From: a virus
Reading direction: 5' to 3' (one strand)
IMG/VR virus record: IMGVR_UViG_3300037840_000188
Span: 76,996 to 140,995 of that record
DNA: 64,000 bases
Positions 38,355 through 49,713 of this stretch are shown piece by piece; the stretch's first letter is position 1; each line of letters begins with the position of its first letter. The notes beneath the pieces are model-generated. The model did no database searches. It saw only the letters and a list, made by a program, of their open reading frames with translations, and had not been told where the DNA came from. Both the position numbers and the translations under genes were made by a program.

Positions 38355-39278
38355 ATGTCGAAATCCACCATCTCCACCTTCCAACTTTTCGCGCTGTTTC
38401 CCGACGAGGAGACGGCGCGAAAATATCTGGAGGGCCGTCTGTGGCCCAACGGGCTGGTTTGCCCGCAGTGCGGTAATGCCGCGTTGCTGACGCGCCCAAA
38501 CGGCTTCTTTCGCTGCAATCCGTGTGGGAAGTACACGTTTTCTGTGCGCGAAGGCACAATCTTCGGACGCTCGAAGATCCCACTGCACAAGTGGATTTAC
38601 GCGATGTATCTGCTGGTCACCGCCCGCAAGGGCATCAGCAGCCTGCAACTCGCAAAAGAGATCGGCGTCACCCAGAAATCCGCGTGGTTCATGCTTCAGC
38701 GCCTGCGGGAGGCGTGCGGAGACTCTGACGACATCGACAAACTGCGCGGCGATATTGAGATCGATGAATGCTTTGTGGGCGGGAAAGAGGCCAACAAGCA
38801 CGAGCGGAAGAAGCTCCACGCGGGACGAGGCGCGGTCGGCAAAGTCGCAGTACTCGGAATGCGGGAGCGCGGCGGCAGGACGCGGGCGCAAGTCATCGAC
38901 CAGCGCACCATCGAGACGATCCAGGGCGCGATTCACGCTGGCGTTGAGGTTGGATCGCAACTCTACACCGATGAGCACGTAGCGTATACGGATCTGGACG
39001 GCCTGTTCTTCCGTCACGAGACAGTCAACCACGGCGCGGGAGAATACGCGCGGGGCGAAGCTCACACGAACAGCATTGAGAGCGTCTGGGCGGTCCTGAA
39101 GCGCGGGCTGCATGGCGTCTACCACCACGCCAGTCCGAAGCATCTCAGCCGATACGTTGACGAGTTCACATTTCGGCTGAACGAGGGCAAGGTGTCCCGG
39201 CACAGTCTGGAGCGGCTCGCGTCGTTTGTTGATCGCGTGGCGGGTAAGCGGATCACCTATGCGGAGGTCATCGCATGA
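38355..39278 (+). CDS. IS1595-family transposase
   Basis: CPQCG..CNPC, EIDECFVGG, LYTD, HTNSIESVWAVLKRG. Confidence 0.93.
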   Translation: MSKSTISTFQLFALFPDEETARKYLEGRLWPNGLVCPQCGNAALLTRPNGFFRCNPCGKYTFSVREGTIFGRSKIPLHKWIYAMYLLVTARKGISSLQLAKEIGVTQKSAWFMLQRLREACGDSDDIDKLRGDIEIDECFVGGKEANKHERKKLHAGRGAVGKVAVLGMRERGGRTRAQVIDQRTIETIQGAIHAGVEVGSQLYTDEHVAYTDLDGLFFRHETVNHGAGEYARGEAHTNSIESVWAVLKRGLHGVYHHASPKHLSRYVDEFTFRLNEGKVSRHSLERLASFVDRVAGKRITYAEVIA

Positions 39279-41275
39279 GCGAGACTCCCAAGGTGCCAGA
39301 GCTGCTCGATTTGATCGTTGACAAGGTGCTGGCATACAAGCCGAAGCCTGTGAGCGTGGCGCAAAAGCGTCTCGCCCGAAAAGCGAAGAAGGCAAAGGCG
39401 AAAGATCAATGTGGGAAATCATCTATATAATTCCCCAATAAAAGGCGTCGTAGATGTGAAGCCGGTACTTGCCGACACGGACGACTGGATAGTACGGTCG
39501 CGAGTACGACGTGATGTCAGTATGAAGCTATACGACGCCATCAAGAGCATTACCGAATGACCCCCGACCCTCAGTCTAAATCCGAAGCCCGCGAAATGTG
39601 GCGCGAGCTGGAGAGCGCCCCGCGTGAGAAGGAGAGCGCCCCGCGACCACGCCAGATCGAGCGCCCCAACACCGGTTCGCCGTTCGATCTGATGAACGAG
39701 GCTCACGACATTGAAATCACCCGAGTTATCGAGCACTACGAGGGCGCTGTACAGCACCTGGAGAATCGCATTATCGAAGCCGAGATCGAATGCGAGGATA
39801 TGCGGGAGGAAAAGACGCGACAGAAGCAGAAAATCGACCGCCTGTGGCTCGGCATCTTCGCGGCGGGGTTGTTTATTTGCTATCTGGTGGGGAAGTCATG
39901 ACTTGGGAGCACCAAACAGAGACCGAAAAGTACGGCGAGAGTTGGCGACTTCGGGACGCCGAGCTACCCTTGGCGCTGGTGGTCAAGCACCACGAAAAAC
40001 TGTATAGCGCCTGCATTTATTCGCTGGGTAAAAGCATCAAGGTCGGCGATGTTTACAGTTCGGCTGGCGGCGCGAAGGCCGCTTGCGTGAAGCGGTTGAG
40101 GAAGGCGGGGGTAATTACATGAAGTACAGATACGAATATAACGGCAATACCGAATACGTGACTCTGCATCTGACGGAGGCACTCATATCCTGTGATTTTC
40201 TGTCAAAATTTGCGAGTAATGCAACCGCTGAGGATAACTTTCGCCTCGGCCTCTTCGAAGTGGTTAAAGGGGTTACGGATATCACTTTACGGCGATATTC
40301 GGTAACTGCCAAGCGCGGCGCAGCGTTTGATCGGGATGCGATTCTTGATAGTCTTCTTGAGATCGCCAGGATGATCTTTTCGTGGGAAGAGTCATGGACT
40401 GCTCTACCCACCCTGCGGAGTGATATCAACTATCACATGTGCGAGCAATGCGTGGCCGAGCGAAACCGGGAAGCCGCCATCGCGATGCGGGACTTCGATG
40501 CGCTGGATTACTGATATGACCACTGAACAGATCCAAGCCTGGCGTGCTGCCGCCGAGGCTGACGGCTGGGAAGTTAATCCGACCTATAGCCATGAGCCAG
40601 TCGACCGGGCTGCAACAATGTCGCGCGAAGGTTTTCAGGCGCAGGCCATCACGCGCGGCAATCGCGGGGACGAACTGACAATCTGGGGTCCTGACAAGCT
40701 TCAGGTGACCGTACCTGACGCGTATTTATGGGCCACGCTCACGGAGAACCTGAAGCGGTGTATGGAGTGCGCTCGGGTAGTAGCGCACGTTCAGCGCGTT
40801 GGTTTTGCTGGCCGATGCTGCGATGCGTGTTTGCCTAGCGCGCGGAGACGGGATGAGTTTCCGGGGTGGACGAGGTGAGGGAGAGGGATTATGGCGGAAC
40901 TGAGTTGGAAAGCAAGACGAAACGGCGCAATCTACTGCGCACCTGCATGTGGCGCTCGCTGCACATGGGTCGCGCATCAACGGGCCGTGAAGGATGCGAC
41001 AGCACTAGCGAGGGAGCTTGGTAAAGGATGGAGCCCGCGCGTTCATGAGAACCTCGGGTGGCATTTCAGCGCGACTCGCGGCAAGGGATACTGTACCGTC
41101 TATCGCCATGGTAGAAACTATACGGCCTATATCGGTCCGAATCAACCCGGCGGTTGGTGGGTCGGTAGTGGCAAGACCGCGATTGAAGCGGTGCGTGATG
41201 GAGTTCGGCAGGCGCAGGATGAACTTGCGGAAATCAAGGCGGTAGTGGAGTTTGTCGAAGGAATGGCGGCATAAA

Positions 41276-41731
41276 ATGAGCCTCGATGTTTACCTGACAT
41301 CCGAAGAGCCGGTCGCTGCGCCAGTGGGGCAGAGCGGTATTTTCATCCGGCATGAAGGGCGCACGGTGGAAATTACCCGCGACCAGTGGAATCTCATGAA
41401 TCCTGGACGCGAGCCACTGTTCGCGCAGTCCACCGAAGAAACTACCACTTTATTCAGTTGCAATATCACTCACAACTTGGGGCGCATGGCTCGGGCGGCT
41501 GGTATTTATGAGTTTCTATGGCGTCCCGAAGAAGTCAGCGTAACGCGAGCGGCACAGCTTATCGAGCCGCTACGAGCAGGATTGCGGCGGTTGGCCGTAG
41601 ATCCGGATCGGTTCCGCCAGTTCAATCCTGCTAACGGCTGGGGCAATTACGAAGGGCTGGTGGACTTCGTGGGTAGGTATCTGACGGCATGTGAACATTG
41701 GCCCGAAGCCCTTGTGAGGGCTAGCCGATGA
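41276..41731 (+). CDS. Phage hypothetical protein
   Basis: MSLDVYL...NITHNLGRMA...NPANGWGNY. Confidence 0.65.
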   Translation: MSLDVYLTSEEPVAAPVGQSGIFIRHEGRTVEITRDQWNLMNPGREPLFAQSTEETTTLFSCNITHNLGRMARAAGIYEFLWRPEEVSVTRAAQLIEPLRAGLRRLAVDPDRFRQFNPANGWGNYEGLVDFVGRYLTACEHWPEALVRASR

Positions 41732-41810
41732 GCACCCCGCGCTACAAGCGCACCGATAAAAACTTCCATGACGATATACTTCACACAAGGCGTGTGGTAG
41801 CATTCGGCAC

Positions 41811-42554
41811 ATGGATTTCAAGCCAATACGTTTTATCGCCACTGTATGGAATCACTGGGAGGCGCGCTTTGGCACGACGTTCGCCGTGCTTCTAGCGGTT
41901 ATGCAGGCAGTAATAGTCGCAGTGGCAGATCCGGTGAAAGTTCCTGAATGGATCAAAACATTTCCACCTCTGCTATGGCTATCCATAGGAGCGGTGCTTT
42001 TATTTTGGTCATGCTATGCAGCATGGAGGGACGTTGATACTAAACTTGCAGTACTCAAAGCGACTAACTCGAAGCCTAGCTTTTCGGGAAAGATAAAACT
42101 ACTCTCGTTTGCTTCTGGTGGACCGAATAACGAGTCGTCAATTGTAACGGCTGTACTATCTCTGAATAATCCAACTGGTCCACCGAGTATCACTGAGGAC
42201 TGGAAAATATCAGTCATTATTGGAGGTGAGGAGATAGTGAGCAAGGCGATTCTTTCTCCAAAGGGCGATATTCGATTGGGGTTCGCGTCGGACCCGCAAA
42301 AGAACATTATTTTGGGTAATGACAACTGGCTACCACGAGCCGGGAAGATAACTCCGATACCTTCTGGCGGCGGAATAGACGGATGGCTGATGGGTCTAGT
42401 GCCATGCCGCAGGGAGATTCTACAGAGGGCAGGTAATATGGTCCGGATTAGATTTAACGACGTTACCGGATATGAACACACAATTGATGAACCAATAACC
42501 GGTATAACCAGTGACCCCCTAGGGATGGATGGGTTACAAAATAAAACCTCCTAG
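41811..42554 (+). CDS. IS passenger membrane protein (2 TM + beta-rich domain)
   Basis: 247 aa; visibly lower GC than the surroundings. Confidence 0.6.
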   Translation: MDFKPIRFIATVWNHWEARFGTTFAVLLAVMQAVIVAVADPVKVPEWIKTFPPLLWLSIGAVLLFWSCYAAWRDVDTKLAVLKATNSKPSFSGKIKLLSFASGGPNNESSIVTAVLSLNNPTGPPSITEDWKISVIIGGEEIVSKAILSPKGDIRLGFASDPQKNIILGNDNWLPRAGKITPIPSGGGIDGWLMGLVPCRREILQRAGNMVRIRFNDVTGYEHTIDEPITGITSDPLGMDGLQNKTS

Positions 42555-43459
42555 GCGATGAGTTCCCTATACTCCATCTTCTCGGTCTGTACCAACCGCG
42601 TGAGCGTGTCACGGAACAGGAACGGATTCTCCCGGTTGTTGAAACGAAACTCAAACTCTTCAAGGTAACGATCCAAATGCTTCGCGCTCACCTGATGATA
42701 GGAACCGACGATAGACCGTTTGAACAGCGACCATGCGCCCTCGATGCCGTTCGTGTGAACGTCTCCCCTGACCCATTCTTCCGCGCTGTGGTTCACGCTG
42801 TGGTGCTCGGTGTCTGCGTCCGCGATCCCCGAGTATCCGGGGTTGTCATCAGTGACAATGCGCGATGTATCCGGCTTCGTGGTTTCCGCTACGAAGGCGT
42901 GCAGGGCTTTCTTGTTGCCCCGCTTCTTTTGCTTCTCGACGCGCAGCCGAATCTGTCCGCCGCGTTCGAGCGCCCCGAGGACCATTGTTTTGTTGTCGAG
43001 GTTCCCGCTGCCTACGTGCCGCTTGTGTCCGCCTACATAGGTTTCGTCCATCTCAACCGTTTTACCGATCCCGCCGATCTTGGTAGGACTCACTTCGGTC
43101 ATAGCCTTGCGGATGCGATGACAGAGGTACCAAGCGGTCTTATAGGCCACTTTGATCGACCGGCCCAACTGATTAGCAGAGATGCCTTTCTTTCCCTCGC
43201 ACATCAGATACACAGCAAGAAACCACTTCCAGAGCGGAAGGTGAGTGTCATTGAAGATCGTACCGGCGGTTACGGAGAACTGGTAGCGGCATGAGTCACA
43301 GTCATACACTCCGCGTTCTGCGATGCGGGAGACCGTCGTCTTGCCCGGGCAACGCGGGCAACGCGCGCCAGTGGGCCAGCGCAGCAACTCCAGGTATTCA
43401 CGGCAGGCATCATCATTACCGCCAAACTGTTCAACTAGAGCGACAAGGTTAGTTTCCAT
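42551..43459 (-). CDS. IS1595-family transposase
   Basis: CPRC..CDSC, EMDETYVGG, IVTD, HTNGIEGAWSLFKRS. Confidence 0.93.
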   Translation of the reverse strand: METNLVALVEQFGGNDDACREYLELLRWPTGARCPRCPGKTTVSRIAERGVYDCDSCRYQFSVTAGTIFNDTHLPLWKWFLAVYLMCEGKKGISANQLGRSIKVAYKTAWYLCHRIRKAMTEVSPTKIGGIGKTVEMDETYVGGHKRHVGSGNLDNKTMVLGALERGGQIRLRVEKQKKRGNKKALHAFVAETTKPDTSRIVTDDNPGYSGIADADTEHHSVNHSAEEWVRGDVHTNGIEGAWSLFKRSIVGSYHQVSAKHLDRYLEEFEFRFNNRENPFLFRDTLTRLVQTEKMEYRELIA

Positions 43460-43992
43460 GAAAAAGCCTCAGAAGCATCCCGAGAAAATGACGACCCCAG
43501 AGGTCATCCGGCACCTGTTCCATCCCAAGGTTGTAGAGGAAATGGAAAGGCACTCGAAGGAACTCAATGGGAAGCCGTCAAAGGTAAGAAAGGTCGCCAC
43601 TAAGTAAATTCTAGCGGATCACATACCATGTGTCAAGTATATAATCATGAAAACTTCCATGCCTGCTTGCTGTTGGCTGGAATTGGCTGTTGCGCCCTCA
43701 TGTATCTGGTTGTCAGGTGGGTAGGGTGAGATACAACAAGAAGCACTGGTCAAAGATTTACTTTAAAGTCGGGACCATGCCGGGAGATCATTACTTTGTC
43801 GCCACGTCCGACCTGCCAAATATGGTCATCGGTGGGCATTTGACCATACGACGTGACGATGGATCGACAAATCCAGCGTATCAACATGGAGAATCAGTGT
43901 TGATAGACGAAATTCGGTCGATTGGCCCTAGGCAGATACTGTACGTAGTTGAGAGGATGTAAGCACCGCGCGGTGCCTGTCAAAATAGATTA

Positions 43993-44319
43993 ATGCCCCG
44001 AAAAAATATATACACCTCTCGCTCCGAAGCCAACCGCGCCAACGTCCTGAAGCGCTGGTCTAAATTAACGCCAGCCCAGCGCCGTGTGCAGATGCAACCC
44101 GCTATCGACGGACATACCGAGGAATCCCGCGCCATGGCCGGGACCGCCGGAGGGTGGGCGACAGCTCGTGGGATGACCAAGGCCGAGCGTCGCGAACGCG
44201 GACAGAAGGGCGGCGAAGCCCGAGGTGCGGCGTGGGCGAAATTAACGGCGGGTGAGCGTAAAAAGCAGGCGCAGGTTATGCGGGCTGGTCGGGCGAAGAA
44301 AAGCAATAAGGCGGCTTGA
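43993..44319 (+). CDS. Basic small protein with KGG-like repeats
   Basis: LTPAQRR / MTKAERRERGQKGG / LTAGERK. Confidence 0.5.
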   Translation: MPRKNIYTSRSEANRANVLKRWSKLTPAQRRVQMQPAIDGHTEESRAMAGTAGGWATARGMTKAERRERGQKGGEARGAAWAKLTAGERKKQAQVMRAGRAKKSNKAA

Positions 44320-45093
44320 AAAAGGAAGGTGTTTGATGCCTGAAGACTCTGTACCGGGATCGGCGGAAGCAATAAGGGAGATCGCGGAGAAGATCATGGG
44401 GTGGGGTTGCGCGGCCTCCATACCAGACGGGCAGATTATATTCGCCTACCCAGATGACGGACCAGCTATTCGCGCATTTGATCCCTACACCAACCCGGCC
44501 CACTCTATGCTTAGTGGCGTTAGTGGGTAGCTTCGAGACAGAGCCGGTGAGATGGTGGGAGCCGTGGTTCATCAGGGCCTTGGGAATTTGTTGGGGATGG
44601 ATGAGTTTTCTTCTGTTTAGATATTCCTTTACCGGAAAGGAGATCATATGACTGATCTCTCAGCAGCTCTGGAGCGGTGCTGTAAAGCGGCGGGGTGGAC
44701 CTACATCGAATACAACGGCTACCAGCACGTACTGGAGAAGCCAACAGGCACGACCACTAAAGCAACGTGGCACTTCGATGACTCGTCTCACGACGACGCC
44801 ATAGCCCTTCAGTCCGCTCTGGTGAAGCGGTATCCACAGATGTGGCCTTCGTTCGTTTCCCAAGTAAGGGCACAAGCTCTGAGTGTTGTTGGGTGGGAAC
44901 TGTTGGCGGTTCATCTGTTGACCCTTGCCCCCTCCGCCCGTATTCTGGCGCTTGAAGCTGCGTTGCCGAGATGTGGGGAGTGCGGGGGCAGCGGTGAAAA
45001 ACCGACGGAGCGCAGCATCAGGCTATGCCTTGAAACCGGCTCGCCGATGGAAACTGGTATGTGCCCCGCCTGCGACGGTGTGGGGATAGAGAC

Positions 45094-46206
45094 GTGCTGA
45101 GAACGTATCAATTCAGGCTGCTTCCGAACGCCACCCAAACAGCGATACTTGAGCGCGTTCTTGCGGATAACTGTGAAACCTACAATGCTGCCCTTCAGGA
45201 GCGCAGGGATGCATGGCGACTATGCCGCGAGGGTATAACCTACCAGGATCAACAAAGGGAATTGACCGAGTTACGGAAAGACCCAAGTTTCAGTTGGATA
45301 GCCTGCAAAATTCAACGAGATGCCCTGCATCGAGTAGATCGTGCATTCAAGGCATTCTTCCGTCGATGCAAGGATGGGGAGAAGCCCGGATTTCCGAGAT
45401 TTCGATCCATCTACAGGTACAGGTCGTTCACAATTGAAAGCAAACCAAGCATCAAGCATCGGTCGATTCTTATCCCCAAGATAGGGTACATCCGGATGCG
45501 AGGAGGAAGGCCGGTAGCGGGGATCGTAAAAACAGCGACGATCAAAAAAGACGGAAGCATCTGGAATGCGAATATCGTGTGTGATATCGGGGCATCGCCG
45601 ACCCGACAACCGGTGTCACATCCGGTCGGAATTGACGTAGGCCTGACAAATCTCGCCGTTCTTAGCGATGGGACAAAAATCGACAACCCGCGCTGGACCA
45701 GGAAGCACGAAGCGAGGATCGCCGCCGCAAGCCGACGATTGGCCGTTAAACAGAAGCGATCAAAAAATCGTATCCGCGCACGAGAAGTTTTGCGTCGTGC
45801 CCACCAGCGAGCAGCAGATGCGCGTAAGAATTACCTGCATCATGTCTCTAAGTGGCTCATATTAAATTACGATCTGATCGCCCACGAAGACCTGAAGATC
45901 CGAAACATGGTAAAGTCCCCGCGACTTGCCAAATCAATCATGGACGCCGCCTGGGGTATTCTCATCTGGCAACTGACGTACAAAGCTGAAAAGGCTGGGC
46001 GTTGGATTGTTCCGGTGAATCCGCGCGGGACATCGATCCGTTGCTCTGGCTGTGGCGAGGCGGTCCCGAAGACACTGGCAGACCGTCAGCATACTTGCGT
46101 CTGTGGTGTGAGCCTCGGACGCGATCACAACGCAGCAATTAACATTCAAAGGCTCGGGATGAGCCTTGCGGGCTTTGGGCCTTCAGAACGTGAGGTCAAC
46201 TCATGA
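45094..46206 (+). CDS. tnpB: TnpB-family endonuclease embedded in the phage operon
   Basis: TYQFRLLP, YNAALQER, VGIDVGL, IAHEDL, CSGCG..CVCG, RDHNAAINI. Confidence 0.9.
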   Translation: MLRTYQFRLLPNATQTAILERVLADNCETYNAALQERRDAWRLCREGITYQDQQRELTELRKDPSFSWIACKIQRDALHRVDRAFKAFFRRCKDGEKPGFPRFRSIYRYRSFTIESKPSIKHRSILIPKIGYIRMRGGRPVAGIVKTATIKKDGSIWNANIVCDIGASPTRQPVSHPVGIDVGLTNLAVLSDGTKIDNPRWTRKHEARIAAASRRLAVKQKRSKNRIRAREVLRRAHQRAADARKNYLHHVSKWLILNYDLIAHEDLKIRNMVKSPRLAKSIMDAAWGILIWQLTYKAEKAGRWIVPVNPRGTSIRCSGCGEAVPKTLADRQHTCVCGVSLGRDHNAAINIQRLGMSLAGFGPSEREVNS

Positions 46207-46494
46207 GTTCCATAGAGAAGCCGAAGGAGAAAGCGTGACCAGCAAAGAGAAGCAGTATTTGGCAACGGAGCGGCAGAAGTCCGAAGCCATCACCAATCCC
46301 GTCGCTGGCGATGTCTGGGTATCGAAGCGGATGACGAGGATGGTGGTGTGGGCATACCTAGGTAATAGGATTCAAGTGGCACAGCCAAAGTCAATGTCTC
46401 TGGATCGTTGTGATAAGTGGATGGAGCCGTGTGAGTTCCGCCGTTGGTGCCGCACGGCAACGCTTGTGTCTCGTGGGCGTGGGGATGAAAAACA

Positions 46495-47526
46495 GTGAAC
46501 GTTGAGTTACTCCAGATCGACGGCAAGATTCCGAACATTGCGCTGATGCGCCTTGCGGCTCACCACAAGCAACTCGGTGATGACGTGGTGTATCACCGCG
46601 CAGATTCGCTCGCGTCGGTCCATCCATTTCGTTTCCGGCCCGATGCGAAGGTTTACGCCAGTACGATATTTTCGCGGTCCGCGCCGGTCGTGAAGGAATT
46701 ACTGAAGGGCAGGCCGGATGCCATTGTCGGCGGAACCGGCAGTGACGTTCCTCCATTGCAGATATCCCAACTCGAAAAACACGGCGTCACTAGTCTTGAT
46801 CAGGACTATTCGATCTACCCAAACTTCCGGCAGTCCATTGGATTCACGCAGCGCGGTTGCCGGTTGAAGTGCTCGTTTTGCGTCGTTCCTCAGAAGGAGG
46901 GACGCATCCGCGAAGAGAAGACTATCGCGGAAATCTGGCGCGGCGATCCGTGGCCACGTGAAATCATTCTGTTGGATAACGACTTCTTCGGACAGCCAAA
47001 CTGGAGAGGACGGATCGCAGAGATTCGTGACGGCGGATTCAAGGTCAGTTTCAATCAAGGCATCAACGCACGCTGCATCACAGACGAAGCGGCGGAAGCG
47101 ATTGCCTCGGTTAAGTATCGGGATGACAACTTCAAGACGAAGACTATCTATACGGCATGGGATAGCCGGGAAGACGAGGAACGCCTTTTTACCGGCCTGG
47201 GCCGACTGGTCAAGTACGGCGTGAAGCCCGACAACATCACCGTTTACATGCTGATCGGGTACTGGCCAGGTGAAACAGCCGAGGACCGCGAATATCGAAG
47301 GGCGAAGCTGAGAGCGTTTGGCGCTCGTCCGTTTCCAATGGCATACATTACAAACGACACGCCACCCGAGAAGGCCCTCGAACTCAGGGGTTTTCAGCGG
47401 TGGGTTATTCGCCGCGCAGATGTGGGGAAGAATCGGTGCTCGTGGGCTGAGTTTACGGCAGCGCGCTACCGGCCCGAGAAAATCGGCATGAGGGTTGGCG
47501 GGCGTGGGGATGAGGGAGGAAAATGA
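46495..47526 (+). CDS. Radical SAM protein
   Basis: RGCRLKCSFC (CxxxCxxC), LLDNDF. Confidence 0.85.
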   Translation: MNVELLQIDGKIPNIALMRLAAHHKQLGDDVVYHRADSLASVHPFRFRPDAKVYASTIFSRSAPVVKELLKGRPDAIVGGTGSDVPPLQISQLEKHGVTSLDQDYSIYPNFRQSIGFTQRGCRLKCSFCVVPQKEGRIREEKTIAEIWRGDPWPREIILLDNDFFGQPNWRGRIAEIRDGGFKVSFNQGINARCITDEAAEAIASVKYRDDNFKTKTIYTAWDSREDEERLFTGLGRLVKYGVKPDNITVYMLIGYWPGETAEDREYRRAKLRAFGARPFPMAYITNDTPPEKALELRGFQRWVIRRADVGKNRCSWAEFTAARYRPEKIGMRVGGRGDEGGK

Positions 47527-49713
47527 CGCTAACCGAAGCAAAAAGAGAGTTCTGTAGCGCATATCCAAATCTGCGCGTCAACGGCTGGGACGAGCGGGAT
47601 TACGATCTGTGGGGCAAGCTGCAAAGTCTACCTTCATGGGGGCTGATCGCAGGCGACGTGAATGACCCGATGATCTCGCGCAAGCACGTGATCGCCTTGT
47701 TGGAAGAGGCTGCTGAGGCACGCTTTGAACAGGATTGGAAAGCAAGATTCGGTCGCCCCACACCGGAGAAGGACACCCCATGGAAAGTAACCTGACACCT
47801 AGGCGGGCGATGGAACTGGCGAATATACAAGCTGAATTGCATCATGTCAGTGATGCGTCGCTCGTGGATATACGGAGGTTGGCCCGCTTCATCCTCTCCC
47901 GAGAGACGGCGGTGAGGCCACAGCGAAAGGGTGGCACTGACGGCGACGACACCGAATGCACCTGTGGTGCCCACGTGGTTGGGTGGATGAGTTACTGCGC
48001 CGATTGCGGAAAACCCCTCGACTGGACCCCAGCGCCCGAGAAGGAGACAACGAAGTGACACCTATGGATCATAACGAGAACGTGACAATGGCGAATGCCG
48101 TCGAACTGCAACGTCAGGAAATAGAATTTCTAGGGTCTGCACTTGAAAAGGCCGATGCGGATAAGACCCAAGCATTCTCTGAGATAATTCAACTCCGGGC
48201 CGAACACGACAATCTTCAGCGCCGATTCGATCACCACTGCGACACCATTCGTGCTTATGATGCCGTAATGGGCAGCATCTCAGCCCGCTGGCATGTGGAC
48301 TTCATCGGTGTCAATCCGCCAGAAGCGATGCTCCGCGCCATTGAGTTGCTGTGCTTATCTGCCATTACGCCAGTACCGAGGAGCGGTAATCGCGTGGATG
48401 CCGACAAAGAACTGAAAGAAGCGATGGAGGCCTTGAAATGGGACAAGTAGGCGGCGGTGGGGGTTGTGGCCCGATCAACTACAAACTGGAATTACGGGTG
48501 GCCAACGAGCGCATCGCCACCCTGACCGCCGAACGGGATCGGGCGCGGGCCGCACTGTCCTTGGCTAAAGAGGCGGGGCATTTCTACCTTCGGAAAGCTG
48601 CCGACGCCGGTATTCTGCGCAATTCAGCGGAGTCCGAACTCTCCACCATGCGGGAGCGTGCGGAGGGTGCTGAGTATGTCGGCTCTCTTTATCGTAGTCG
48701 TTTAGACGAGCTTGAACCAATCGCCAGCTATCCCGGCCACTACGTCTCTAGTTCTTGTCAGGCCGGTCTGCATGGGCAGTGCCGGTGCGTCAGCAAGTAC
48801 GGTGAGCAGTGTCAGTGCTCGTGTGGGCATACCGACGCATCCACAAAGCCGACGTATCGGGAACTGGAGCGGGAACTCGCGGAGATCAAGGAAAAGCAGG
48901 AGTGGGGTGTGGAATGCCTGACGGGCAACCTTTCGCGGAAAGGTAACGTACTGACCGCTCTCGATGAGGCTGATGCCAGCAGAATTGAATCACGGTTTCC
49001 AGATGAATACAGGGCTGTTTCCCGCCGCGCTCCCGGCCCTTGGGTGACAAAGGAAGATAGCTAATGTGGAAAACGCAATGCCGGTATTGCAAGGGCAGAG
49101 GATGTCCTATCTGCTGGCCGAAGAGTGGTGACATTCTACGCAAACGTGGGTGGGTTCGTATGGTCACGCGGACAAGCCCTAACGATGGTTTATTTGGCGT
49201 ATTTGTCGATTACCGCGTTAGACGTACCAACGAACGTTTTTATCGCAGGACTGTTCGCTCGGCATGGTACAGCGATCTTGTTAAGTGGGCGGCAAATGCC
49301 GTGGTCGTAAAAGCAGCGAATCGTGGGTGACAAAGGAGAAATAAAAGATGAAACTGTTCCGTTGGATCGCAAAGATGATTCACAGGTTCGATGATTATGC
49401 AATGGGGAGGCGTTGATGCCTGAACCCGGAGCACCCATACCGACCGAAGAGAGCCTGACGCTCCGCGATCTGGACCGAAGCCATCCATTCGAGCGCCCCA
49501 AGGCGTACCGCGTATCCGGCGATACGATCTGCGATACTCTTTGCCTGTTGGCTTTGCTGGAAGCTGGGAACCGGCAACTGAAAATGGAAGCCCTCTCCAG
49601 CAGGGAGAGGATTGCAGCGCTGGAGAAAGAGGTAGAAGAGTTGACCGACGAACTGGGGTCAGCTGTGGCGAACGCCGAAGAAGATGAAGGCTACGCGATC
49701 ATGCGCCACGGAC

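Larger units (their letters stand above)
37973..39435 (+). mobile_element. IS1595-family element B
   Basis: 23-bp TIRs GGGAATTATATACATAATTTCCC / GGGAATTATATAGATGATTTCCC; 8-bp TSD CAATAAAA. Confidence 0.92.
37877..39560 (+). pseudogene. 70-aa phage gene interrupted by IS1595 element B
   Basis: Joining across the TSD gives MSDRLKGCIVSFDHDIREDDAEFYLNAIRAIK|GVVDVKPV...KSITE*. Confidence 0.8.
41767..43649 (-). mobile_element. IS1595-family element C
   Basis: 24-bp TIRs CATGACGATATACTTCACACAAGG / CATGATTATATACTTGACACATGG; 8-bp TSD AAAACTTC; interrupts a 36-aa ORF starting at 41728. Confidence 0.9.

Noticed and set aside
37905-39422. 505-aa minus-strand ORF
   Set aside because: Antisense shadow of IS1595 element B.
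46699-47568. 289-aa minus-strand ORF
   Set aside because: Antisense to the radical SAM gene.
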